Positions 12,229 to 25,275 of a DNA stretch of 64,000 bases are shown here, piece by piece; position 1 is the stretch's first letter, and every line of letters begins with the position of its first letter. This stretch comes from Octopus vulgaris (taxonomy: Eukaryota). Both the position numbers and the translations under genes were made by a program. The notes under the pieces are model-generated. The model searched no databases. It was given only the letters and a program-made list of their open reading frames with translations, and was not told where the DNA came from. Where the stretch lies: positions 19,716,001 to 19,780,000 of the forward strand of contig OX597829.1 of assembly GCA_951406725.2 (NCBI GenBank). Reading direction: 5' to 3'.

Positions 12229-14885
12229 ATATATAAATGTGATGTGTATGCGTTTGTTTATCCTCAACCAGTGTTGGTGTGTTTATGTGCCTGTAACTTA
12301 GTGGTTCAGCAAACAGGTATATAGAATAAGTACTAGGTCTTAAAATAAATAACTACTGGGGTCATTTCATTTGACTAAAAAATTCTTCAAAGTAGAGCCC
12401 CAGCCTGGCCAAAGTCTAATGAGTGAAACAAGTATAAGATAAAATAATACCATGTCGGATAGAACAATCATCAGAATCAACATCAAGATAAGGAGTTTAA
12501 AGAAGTTGATGCCTATGATCACTTGGCAACAACATATTGCAACCAGCAACTGGGTTGTATTCAGCAAGCTGGACTCCATTATGACAAGCTGTCCAACCCA
12601 TGCCAGCATGGAAAATAGACATTAAAGGATGATGATGATGTGATGATGAAGCATACCAGTAAAGAAAGCTCACAATGATTAGTCACCATCCAAGATGGAG
12701 CCATGGAATATATTATGATGTAACTGATACTACATGACAAAAAGGAAAAGAAAAAAAAGCCAGTTGGATCTGAGAGAAGATAGTGGTTATCAACATAATC
12801 AATTCTTTTCAAGCAACAGAAGCATAAGTAGACCAAACAGGTGACAAGAGAGGCACATGATTTAGTGATTAATGAATGTGTGGATTCATGATCAAAAGAT
12901 TGTGGTTTCGATTCCTGGACCAGGTAATGGTTTGTGTTCTTTAGCAAAACACTCTATTTCATTTCATATAGCTCTGGTCCACTCAGTTGGCATAAAAATG
13001 AGTATTCCTGCAGAGGTCTAGTGTCCTGCCCAGGGTGAAATATATGCGCCATGGACACCAGGAAACTGGCCCTGTGAGACTATATGACTCAGGAAGAAGC
13101 TTTATCTTTTATCCTTGAACAGGTGACAGAATAATGCCCACAAGACTAACAACATCCAAGAGGTTGCCCAAGATGAAAGTAACTTTGACCAGGCTGGAGA
13201 GGAGACAACTGACAGTGGATAGAGCTGAAAGAGAAGGTACAGCCAGTTGTAGGAACATGTATCCCGATGATGACAAATATACACGTGTGTATTATGACTA
13301 AACACACGAATGCCACAAATTGCTTAATAGGGGCAGATTTTACTGATTAGAAACTAGATAAAGCTATGACAAATGGTTGTTTCACTTAAGTAAATTGAGT
13401 GTATACATCTTGAAGAATGGACACTTTATATATTTCTGTTTTTATAACCATTTTCCCCCACTTCTTAGCATGGATACTGTAGTGTTTTGGAATAAATTTT
13501 GCAAGCTGGATGTCTTTCCAAATCCTAACCACTTAATAGTGAAATAAAAGTGCAATTTCTCCTCAATCAATCACTTTGAACAGAACCATTTTTTAAAGAT
13601 GGTAGTGTTTGATCTAAGAGAAAATTGGCTGCTATTTCTACCAAGGCAAGTAACCACACAGAGACCCCTATTGTATTAGACCAGATTATCTGATCATATT
13701 GTGAGGTAATTGTGTGGTAAGCTGAATATTAAACCTACTTCAGGGAACAGTTCATGGTTGTATATAGTAGGTTTGAACTCCCAACCACATAGCTAGTAGG
13801 CCAGCAACTTTACCTCACAACCATTGTTTTTCACTGTTCTTCTCATTTTCAACATTTCTCTACTCTTTAATTGATGCTATGAATGCATAGCTTTTCTCTT
13901 CTGTTTTATCTCTTTGAATGAGACATAATGAAAGTAAATTGATTATCTGAGTAACAAACCAGACTGTTGGTTCAATAATCAATTGCTACATATCCAAATG
14001 AAGATGCTTTATTGACTCTAGGGAAAAACAGTTCCACCCTTGCTGCATCAACCACAAACCTGGCTATCACCTCTCATAACACAGATGAAAGAAAAATAAA
14101 TAAATATAGGAGCATGAACAACCACTAACACTTTGTGCCAGTTACCATTGAGATTTGGGGGTGTTCTCAGACCTCTGTAAAATCAGGATAACTGTGGCCC
14201 ATCTAAGAAATGAACCCCACAAGTAGGGGTGGCTGCCACTGGCCATTCTCTGCAGCAATGCAACACGGTCATGTCTGCAGGGTGTGGCAGAACATGCCAT
14301 TTATTCTGGGGTGTATTCCCTACCTCTAACATCTTCTGCTGTTTAATCCCTACCTGTTTTTTTCCCTTTTTCCTTGTAATTAAACTGTAGTTCAATCTTC
14401 ATGTAAATAAAATATGTTTACTTAGCAATGAGTTGGAATCCTATTCACAGAGATATGTATATTTTTTACTCCACTTGCCATTTCTAATTAAAATTAGAGT
14501 TAACTCTTTAACTCTATCGTTGTGATTACTGTAAAAAAAATTAAACTTGACATTACATAGAAGCCAAGCTACTATAGCGATACTATTTCTTCAGACAGTT
14601 GTCATGTGGCTGAATGAAATACATGCAATAACAATATCATTGTTTTAATATCTACTTTTCTATTCTTTCAGAGTTTACTGAGGCAGATTTCCTATAGTTG
14701 GATAATATTCCTAACACCAACCTTTATCTGTTTTCAAGCAAGGTATTATTTCCCCCTAGCCAGACATTTTTGCAGAATACTGAAAACGAATGACACTCAC
14801 AACTATCACACGATGTCAAGACAAGGAGACATTTGTTTCTGCAGTGTAAACCAGCTTTAAGTTGGTGAGTTTATGATTATAAACA

Positions 14886-15437
14886 GGAGTAGCTATGTAG
14901 AAAGTAGCCTGCCTACCAACCACATGGTCCCTGGTTCAATCCCACTGTGTGACATCTTGGGCAAGTGTCTTCTACTATAGCCTCGGGCCAACCAAAGTCT
15001 TGTGAGTGGATTTAGCAGATGAAAACTGAAAGAAGCCCATTGTATATATTTTTTTTTTTTGTACTTGTTTCAATCATTTGACTGCGGCCATGCTGGAGCA
15101 CCGCCTTTAGTCGAGCAAATCGACCCTGGAACTTATTCTTTGTAAGCCCAGTACTTATTCTATCGGTCTCTTTTTGCCGAACCGCTAAGTGACGGGGACA
15201 TATATATATATATATATATGTATGTGTATGTATATGTTTGTGTGTTTGTCCCCCCAACATTGCTTGACAACCAATGCTGGTGTGTTTACGTTTCCCATAA
15301 CTTAGCAATTCGGCAAAAGAGACTTATAGAATAAGTACTAGGCTTACAAAGAATAAGTCCCGGGGTCGATTCGCTCAACTAAAGGCGATGCTCCAGCATG
15401 GCCACAGTCAAATGACTGAAACAAGAATAAAAGAAAG
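14886..15437 (+). mobile_element. SINE family A with an inverted 3'-half copy (15062-15200) nested in its internal TA tract
   Basis: Head at 14886, tail at about 15430; the internal segment is the reverse complement of about 15290-15425. Confidence 0.85.
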
Positions 15438-15538
15438 AATATACCATTATACAAGATTACTCGTTATAATTACTATAATTATTAATTCAAACATATAGTA
15501 ATTAGAAACAATCATCTTGTATACGAATATGAACTCAC

Positions 15539-15670
15539 CAACTTAAAACTGGTGTGTGGAGCAGAAACATGCAGTGATCTTTCTATTAAAGCCGGATATC
15601 CTCCACCTTCATGTTACATTATTCATGAGTTAATCTTATGCATGGAGGAGTTCTACATGTGTATTCAACC
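15539..15670 (-). other. Candidate non-coding exon of a minus-strand transcript
   Basis: ttttccag|ggttga...aagttg|gtgagt on the - strand; stops in all three frames. Confidence 0.25.
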
Positions 15671-17191
15671 CTGGAAAATATCCTACTGTAGAATGACATG
15701 TGGTAACCAAATAATGTCATAAGAGTTCTTGAATGCATGTTACAACGTTTTTAACCTAATAATACAAAATCATCATCATCATTTAACGTCTGCTATTCAT
15801 GCTGGCATGGGTTGGACAGTTTGACTGAGGACTGGCAAGCCAGGAGGCTGCACTAGGCTCCAATCTGATCTGGCAAGGTTTTTATTGCTGGATGCTCTTC
15901 CTGATGCCATGGCCGGATTTCTTCTGTGTACATTTACCATATACACACACAAAAATTTGACTGACCCAGGGTTACAAAAGACACCTGCTTAAGGTGCTAC
16001 ACAATGGGACTGAACTAAACTTGTTAACCACCCATCCATGCCTGCATTTATTATAACACTGATGATAAACATCATTTAAATTGTTCAGTTCTGTATTTAA
16101 GAGATAAGGAATTATTTACATCTGACAAATATCCGTCAAATGTAAATAATGTAAATAATTTAAATTGTCATCTGTCATAAATTCTGGTAATGTAAGTGAA
16201 AGTTTTGAAATATGCTAAAAACTTTTAGAATATTTAAAACAAAAAAAACCATGACTACTGGTTTTCCAAAGAATGCCAAACATAAATTTTTCAGATATGT
16301 TGAGTGAGAACGAGTTTGTACAGTATCTAAGAATTAAGAATATCAACTGAAACACATAGAAAAAATGACATGAATGAGAATGATGATGATTGCAGTGCAA
16401 AATGATGCCATACATTGAGAGTAACTATACACACAGAAGAAAGGCTGAAGATGCAAGAAAAAGTCTCAAGATGCTGGATGTTATAGGAGAGATAAAATAG
16501 ATGGGCAATATGCTGTGCAACTGATCGGTTCATTCTACAGCAGAATGAAACAAAGGATGAAAGTCATACACTCATAAGAACGTTAGGAATCCATCGATTC
16601 TGTGCAACAATAAGCATTTATGATAAAACAAGCAACTAATAAAAATAGCTTTGTTCTCAAATTTAGTGTCTGAATTGTTTTATTTTGAGAAACAAAAATC
16701 ATTGTATAACAATGCTGAAGTGGTTGGGATTAACTTTTTTTTCTATTCACCTTGTTCTACAACATTCCCTGAAACGGCTCTCATCACCTTTTTCTCAAAC
16801 TCCCATAAACACAGTCATTAACTGAATTTCCCACAACACATACTAATTAATCATTAATTTGGCCTTTTCTTTTCTTCTTCAATTTAATTTTCCTTTTGAA
16901 AGGGAAAATTACTGCGCAAAAAATTTTCTATAGGTACTAATCTTGTTTATGAAGTTCATGGTGAGGGGAGAGGAAAAGCATGCACACACACACATCTTAA
17001 AACTTCAATAATGAATGTGTAATGTAGATTTGTTTCAAAAACAGTTTGCTTAGTTTCATGGTTAACTACTCATGTCAATAGCCAAACTGTCTAAACCCTA
17101 CTAACAGGACAATAAATTAAAAAAAAAAAAAAAAATGTGCTCTTGAATATTCTTATTTATATAAATACATTTTAAAAACGTTCCTTACATA

Positions 17192-17728
17192 TATGGCTGG
17201 GTTAACAAGTTTGCTTCCCAACCACATAGTTCTGAGTTCAGTCCCACTTCATGGTACTCTGGGCACCTGTCTACAACTATAACCCTGGGCCAACCAAAGC
17301 CTTGTGAGTGGATTCGGTAGACTGAAACTGAAAGAAGCCCATCATATACATATAGTATGGTAGTATAAGTTCAGCAAAATTTAGATTCAGATGAATATGG
17401 TACTTAAGTTAAAGGTAGCAGAATTTTGTATGGTATTATCCATATAAATCAAATGGGGTGATTATAATCAAAATAAGCAACGAGGATATATATATATATA
17501 TATATATACATATATGTGTGTGTGTGTTTGTACCCCTTCCCCAACTACCACCTCTTAACAACTGGTATCAGTGAGTTTATGTCACCTGTAACTTAGCCAT
17601 TCAACAAAGAGACCAATGAAATAAGAACTGGGCTTAAAAATAAGAATAAGTGCCAGAGTCCATTCGTTTGACTAAAAATTCCTCCAGGCAGTTCCCCAGC
17701 ATAGCAGCAGTCTAATGACTGAAACAAG

Positions 17729-17730
<2 letters not shown>
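17192..17730 (+). mobile_element. SINE family A, interrupted in its TA tract
   Basis: Head and tail match the family; unrelated insert of about 135 bp at about 17350-17485. Confidence 0.8.
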
Positions 17731-17764
<34 letters not shown>

Positions 17765-18184
17765 GTATAAAAGATGAGTTTTGCTATAGTGATATAATTT
17801 ATTTTGGTTTCTTATTAAGGAGAGCATACTCCCAAAACCTGGTTTTCCTTTATCAATCTGGATCCTAAATGAGAAACCTATCAATTATTTTGGAAAAGTT
17901 TAAATTTGATTTTGTTACGTGTAAATATTCACCATTGAAAACATCCACCTGTTTAGTACACTTAAGACTTCAAAACCAACAAAAAAGATTATCTTTACTT
18001 AAAATTCAATTTTCTCAATTTTTATGTAATGAAGTTTTTTTTTTAAAGTTCATATATTGTCGCATTCTCATAGAGTATTGTTGAAGCATGAAATAAACTG
18101 CTCTCATCAGTTTTAAATTGTCAACACACTTGCATCTTTCAAAAATTGTTTCCTCAAATTTGCTAACACCCCTTTCCTCTATGC

Positions 18185-18558
18185 TTCTTTTACTTGTTTC
18201 AGCCATCTAACTGAGGCCATGCTGGAGCACTGTCTTTAGTCAAACAAATCAATCCCAGGACTTATTCTATGTAAGCCTAGTACTTATTCTATAGCTCTCT
18301 TTTGCTGGACTGCTAATTTACGGGGACATAAACACACCATCAGTTGTCAAGCAATGAAGGGGGCACAAACACAGACATACATATATACATAAATATACGA
18401 AGGGCTTCTTTCAGTTTCCGTCAATCAAATCCATTCACAAAGCTTTGGTCGGCGCGAGGCTATTATAGAAGACACTTGCCCAAGGTGCCATGCAGTGGAA
18501 TTGAACCTGGAACCATGTGGTTGGTAAGCAAGCTATTTACCACACAGTCACTCCTGCC
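18185..18558 (-). mobile_element. SINE family A, full length
   Basis: Reverse complement of the full family sequence. Confidence 0.85.
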
Positions 18559-20084
18559 TGTTCACTATTCTTTCTTTTTTCCATCTTATTCTAACGACTA
18601 TGGTTGTCGTTAGTCTTTTTATTTTTACTTGATTTGCTGTTTCCTGTTCACCCTTTCCAAAAAGTAATGCAACTAAGCACTATATATCAAGCTCATTTTT
18701 ATTCATTAATAGTACCTTCACCGAACCAATTAAGGCCTCTTAGTGGCTGTACCCGCTGCTAAAAATAGTAAGTAAATCTCTCAAACCTTATCCTCACCTT
18801 TTAAAAAAGGACACATTGGACAATGTAGATGTCTGAGATAAACGTCAGCAAAAACAGGGCGGTGGTCGTGGTTAGAACTCCTTTGATCATAAGTTTCCTA
18901 GATCAGAGTGGATCTGGGTTTAAACGTCTCCCTTATTGTGTACGCATGTCTATGCACGTAATATAAAACATGTTTCTTCTCTGCTAACAGTTATTTTATA
19001 TTTGAAATGGGATATTCAATCAAATTTATGTTCGCATTCATTTATGCATCTTAATGGATTCGAAAATTTACAGAATTGAGAAAAGAAAACCCACCAAAAC
19101 CTTTCATTTTTGGTCAGAATTATTGCTTTAAAAACAATAATCTTCATTCTAACGTAATGCAGATTACAGTCCACACACGACACTTTGTTTCCCTGAAATA
19201 ATAAATATTCCGCAATCTTTTTTTTTTTTTTTAAAAAAGACTAAAAAATGGAAGGATATTAATGTAATCCTCAACGTCTCTAAAGGAATACTTTAGACAA
19301 GATTGGAAAACTTTTGATCATTGGTCTGCTCAGTTCAGAGGTGTCTTGGTGTTATAACAAAGGGTAATAAAGCCAACAAGAAGCTTCTATGCAGTCATAT
19401 GACGTACTTTTTGTACAAAAAGCAGCTTAAATACCATCAATTCATACCTTATCTTAAAACAGATGCTCATTGAATAATGCAATCTAAAAAGTACACGAAG
19501 ATAGGGGAAAAAATGGGAAGACTATGAATAGAATACTTTTGATAACTCTATCGGGGATGATTTAGAAAAGCGAACGAAAAAGTTAGCCGGTTCTCGTCCA
19601 TTAGAAACAGCAGCCAAATTCTCCTCAAAACACACCCTACCATTTAAAAAACAACGCATTAGATAATGTACTTAAAGGTATATTACTTCTTTAAAAAGGG
19701 GTGTGTCAGTCCCATGTTACAATTCATTCAACCTTTAAATGTATGCACAACCAAACACTTTCATATGTTGACAAAAAAGGCAGCACAATAACACCTGTAA
19801 ATGTTTGGAGTGAGACCGAGGATAACTCCACATCACTCAAAGGGGAGCTGACATAGATTTGAAGCGAGGGCAGGAGGTGCTCACTATCCAGGCTGACATG
19901 AGTTAATACAACATAACGCCGTCGTGCGCCATGCTAGAAATAACAGCAAGATTCTCTTCAAAACACCGCTAACGCAGCATTGCATACATATATAGTTGAC
20001 AAGACATCCTAGAAGCGAATAGAATTGTGTGCGTGTGTAAATGCAGAATTAAAATCGGAACCATTAGGGGTATTTTTTTTTTAT

Positions 20085-20450
20085 CTGTTACTGATCTCAG
20101 TCAATGATTGCGGCCATGCTGGGACACCTCCCTGACAGGTTTTAGTCGAACGAATCGACCTCGGTATTTTTAAGGTTTGGTACTTGGTTTTTTTTTTTTT
20201 TTGGCTCGATCGCTAAGTACGGGGACGTAAACAAAACCACCAGTTGTCAAGCGGTGTTGAGAAAGAAATACACACACACACACTCAAAGCGGGCTTCTTC
20301 TCAGTTTCCGTCGACCAAGTCCACTTACAAAGCTTTGGTTGACCCCAGGGCAATAGTAGAAGATACTTGCTCAATGTCATACATTGAGATTGAACTCAGA
20401 ATCATGTAGTTGGAAAGCCAACTTCTTATCACACTGCCATGCTTGCGCCT
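20085..20450 (-). mobile_element. SINE family A, CpG-retaining copy
   Basis: Family match; retains CpGs (gcggcc, gtcgaacgaatcgacc, ccgtcgacc). Confidence 0.8.
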
Positions 20451-21459
20451 CGGCCAATAAAACTGCTTTGTAATTTAGACAAAGTATGCAACTGTGATAA
20501 TTTTTCAAGGCAGTTCGTAGAATATAAATAAAAATGAATTAGCTTCAACCAGGAACTGGATCCAAGCTGTTATCAACGAGCCGATTTGTCATATGTCTCA
20601 GATTGGTTACTTGAGCGATTAACGGTATCTACATCCACTTCACCTCAATATAAATATATGAAAGTGTGATGTTGAGACTGCCGATCAGAGGCGGCTAGAA
20701 GTCGCAACATCACACTTTCATTTGCAGTTCAAGCCGGAGCTGTTGAAAACACCTTATGCATTAGGTAGATAGATAGAGAGAGAGAGAGCATGATATATAT
20801 AAAGAAAAAAATCGCAAATCAATTCAAGGACTATAAGTAGTTGACAAATTATACAAAATGTACTGGGGCAAATATATGAACAAAATATATAAACAAAAGA
20901 AAACAAAATGAAACGCAAGATAAGTAACAAAAATGTGTTTATAGCAATATATTGCCTCTAAAACAATGGGCAAAAGTACTTAGATCATTATATATATTAC
21001 AGATTATATCTTTGATTGTACAATCATCAACTGTTTATGCGTGGCGTGTTCAGCAAAGTGCTTGATTAAAGTGGACAAGTGGACGGCAAGTGGTTAGTGA
21101 TTGAAGTGCTATAGAAAAACAAAACAAAACAAATAATAATTTTGTATGTGTGCTAAATAAAAGCTTCGCAAGAATAAAATAATAATAATAATATGAAGAA
21201 ACATGTATGAAAATGAATAATAAAATGACTAAGACCTCTACCCCAAGATAAAATGAAAACCATAACCAAATTAGAAATTTCTTAAATGTTATTTTTTCTT
21301 TTTATAACAGTGCGAAAGAAACTTTATTGCATACATAAGAATATATAGTTGTTGTTAATTACTCGCAAGGTGAATTTTGTATACCATTTGCATTATTGCT
21401 GTTAATTATTCCTTGACACCAGTGATAGAGGAATAATAAGAAGATTAAGACAACAACGT

Positions 21460-21702
21460 AATTTGAACGTTACCCGACAATTACAAGCGACGACGCCTCG
21501 ACAAAGTCCGTCAACACGAAAACAAATTGCACTGGCGCGATTCGGTGTCGGTATTTATACGGAGCGTGGCGGCGGCGGGGAGGGACGGGTTATGACGGAG
21601 ATAATCGAGTGAGGTTTGCAGCGCCATAAGCGGATATGGAACGTGTCAGCGACTTAAAACAAGGGAGATAACTTTCTCATCACATGATATTTTACTGACA
21701 CA

Positions 21703-21738
<36 letters not shown>

Positions 21739-22001
21739 CAGATAGATATAGATACATACACACGCATTTAAATTAATATACGCATACATGCATACATACA
21801 CACACACATAATTATATAGAGAGAAAGAGAAAGAGTGTGTATATGTATGTGTAAGTAAACAAATATAAATAGTGAGGAAACAGCATAGATGGGTGCATCC
21901 TGAATGAGGTAACATTTATTTCTATGGTCAGTGTTTACATATTTAACCATTTTTACATCCAAAATTATAACATACATATATATGTGTATGAATTTATATA
22001 C

Positions 22002-22051
<50 letters not shown>

Positions 22052-23485
22052 ATGTATATATATATCTATATATATATTTATGATTATGCGCGTATATATC
22101 TAGCGCTGGTGTTGATTTGCTTAAAAACATATGTGTTGATGTGTTTATAATGTTGATTATTTGATGCACACGCTTAATTTCTTCCATCGTGGGACTTTAT
22201 ATATTATACACGCTTCCAGGCATTTTATTCAAATGTACGTGTTGTATTTATATTACATCTTTTCATATCGTATTTCCTTCCAAATCATGTGTTGACGAGT
22301 ATTTTATAAAATCAATTTTCTTTTAAAGCCCTTGAAAACTGTACACATTTCTCAATAGTCATTTTATTTTAAATCAAAACATTATTTATTGGTTGTCGAC
22401 ATTAATTTTGTGTTGTTCCTGTATAGCTTTAACAGAGCTCGCTAAAACGAACTGAGCAATGATGTGATTTGGGGGTGGAGATTTACCGATTTTTTTTTTC
22501 CCCACAGCTTAATTATTTAAACAAAGGTAATATCCTATACATTTACTTACTTTAAAATGTAATTTCTTAAGATCTAAATTTATAGAATAATCTACCTGCA
22601 AAGAATAGTTAGGTTATAGAAGTGTGGTAATTAGTAACTCGTGTCTATCACCTGCACAGTCCTGTATAAACACTTTCTGACAGACATAATTACATTTGAC
22701 ATTTTAATCTTCGTTTCAAGACCACTAACTTTTTTTCATTTAAAAGAAAAATTATGTTTGCAAAGCTTATACAAATCCAATTTTAATTTTAAGATAACAA
22801 CCTTTTTATGTTGGGGGAAAAAAAAAAAACATTGTTGATATGAAAACTAGGCGGAAAAAAAAAAACTTTTTGGAAGTTCATTGTCTGTGAAGTGTGTGTG
22901 TGTGGTCGCGGATGTCTTAAAATTTTACGCAGTTTAAAAAGAAAAGAAAAGTACTGAATCATTTCGTTTTTGTTTACAAGTGTTAGACAGCCATACATAA
23001 ATGTTAAGGCTCATACAAATCTAAAAGAAGTGACAGACATACACACACACACATATCTTTTATCTTTTTGTTTCTATTATTGTACTGCGGCCGTGCTGGG
23101 GGGCACCGCTCTGAAAGGTTTATAGTTGAGCGAGACTATTTATTTTTAATCCTGGTACTTGTATTGGTTTCTTTCGATGACCTGCTAATTTACGGGAACG
23201 TAAACAAACCAACCTTGGTTGTCAAGCAACAGTGGTGGATCAAAACCACACGCATATTGTCACTATAACATATATCAGAAAGAGTCCGATGAGTTTTGAA
23301 CAAGGCTGTAGCTTGTTTTTTTTTTTAAATACACACACACACACACAATCTTTCGGTATTTGTTAATCGTACATACCAAAAGACTGCCTATACATTTATT
23401 AGACGACTGGTTTTTTCACTTGTCGTTAACCAAAATCCTGTCACAATGCTTTTGGTTGTCCAGTCAAGGGTGCCGTGAAGTAAGT
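21460..23485. promoter_or_regulatory. CpG-rich, probably bidirectional promoter region
   Basis: Dense CpG/GC core at 21470-21655 (ggcggcggcggggagggacggg). Candidate minus-strand first-exon donor GTAACG at 21474-21469. Candidate plus-strand first-exon donor gaa|GTAAGT at 23480. Confidence 0.5.
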
Positions 23486-24579
23486 CAGAAATATTTGATA
23501 TTGAAAGCAAACGTTGAATGAAACCAACTCCGACTGATATTCTACAAAGTGCTCGCTAAGTTTTTGTAATACGTAGAACAACATAAAAGCAGATAAATAC
23601 GAAACAAAGGTTAAACAACGCAGAAGAATCTCTTCAACTGAAAACCAAACACGTGAATGTGTGTGTACATACAAATACCAAAAGTTTGACTGTGTTTGGT
23701 TTCGCCGTGGAAGGTTGTCAAACTTTTATCCACAAAATTTCGATATCACAGTTGACTTCTGTATTAGGAAAAGGAAAAAAAAAAGAGCTTAAGTATTATA
23801 CTTTATCCATATGTACTGAGTTATTGTTTAGTCATGAAGAAAGCCATATACGTAGTTTGTGGAATATACACACTCTTAAATCATAAGATTTTAGAAACTT
23901 TGAGATATGAAATTGTTTTTAACACTGGGAAATCAAAGTAGAAAAGCTATATATATATATAACATCATGCAGAATATTGGGTTAAAAAACTCCTTGGCGG
24001 CGGGTGGGGAAAGAAGTTAAATGCTGACTGGGATTTGGACCCACATCTGTGAACATCACAGATCTGCTACCATTATTCCAATATAACACTTCAAATTTTT
24101 TTTATCATTTTAGAAGTTTCGTTCTTATAAGGAAAAATGGCATCCTGTTTACATAATAATAATAAAAAAAAAGAACCTTCTAGAGATTGAAATGAATCGC
24201 TTTTAACATTGGAAGTCGAAGAAGAAAACGTAGAATATATTTTAAGACATGGATAGAAAAAATGGGAAAAATTCGAAGTGTTGTTTTGGTATAATTTGTA
24301 CCGTGTCTGTCGTGTTCATAGAAGGTGTAGGTTCAAGTTCCACAAGTGAACCATGACTTTTTCCCTATCCAAGGTTTTTTTTTTTCAACCTAACATTTTA
24401 CTTGCCATTATTTATAGCTTTATCTATTTTGAGTTCCACCATTAAAAACAAATAATACATACATGCAGATTTCTGCCACCGAGTTACTAGAAACTAAAAA
24501 AAATGGCATGTTTAAGCTTCATAAAATATGCACGTATGTTACGTAATGCTTAAAAATACAAATTACTTTTTGTGTGCTT

Positions 24580-24960
24580 CTAAGTTTGCTTCCCAACCAC
24601 ATGGTTCTGGGTTTAGTCCCACTGCATAACACCTTGGGCAACTGTCTTTTACTGTAGCCTCAGGCCAACCAAAGCCTTGTGAGTGGGTTTGGCAGATGGA
24701 AACTGAAAGAAGCCCATGTATGTATGTATATAGCTCTGTGTGTGTGTGTGTCTCTTTATGTCTGTGTTTGTCTCACACCCATTTCTTGACAACTAGTATT
24801 GGTGTGTTTGTGTCCCCCATAACTTAGCAGTTCAGCAAAAGAGACCGATTGAATAAATACCAGGCTTACAAAAAATTAAATACTGGAGTTGGTTCATTAA
24901 GCTAAAAGTTGAAGGTGGTGCTCCAGCATGGTCTCAGTCTAATGACTGAAACACGTAAAA
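24580..24960 (+). mobile_element. SINE family A
   Basis: Family match from head to tail. Confidence 0.85.
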
Positions 24961-25275
24961 CACACACACACACACACACACACTGAGGAATTTATATGGA
25001 GTAACTTTACATTAAGGAGTGGAACGTACAATTTTCTGTAATTCACATGGTTCCAGCAAACAAAATGGAAAAGGTGTTGCCTTGGATGATGAGGAGGAAG
25101 ATGCACTGGAACAACCACTCTGACTCATGGAGCCTGCACATGCAGATAGCCATCTCCACTTAAATAATAGTGACCACGGACTGAGAATGCTGGAGGTCTC
25201 CACTGCCACAAACTCAACCAGAAACCTATCAGACTGAAAAGTGACCAGCAAGCCTCAACAAAGAATTGAAACCTG

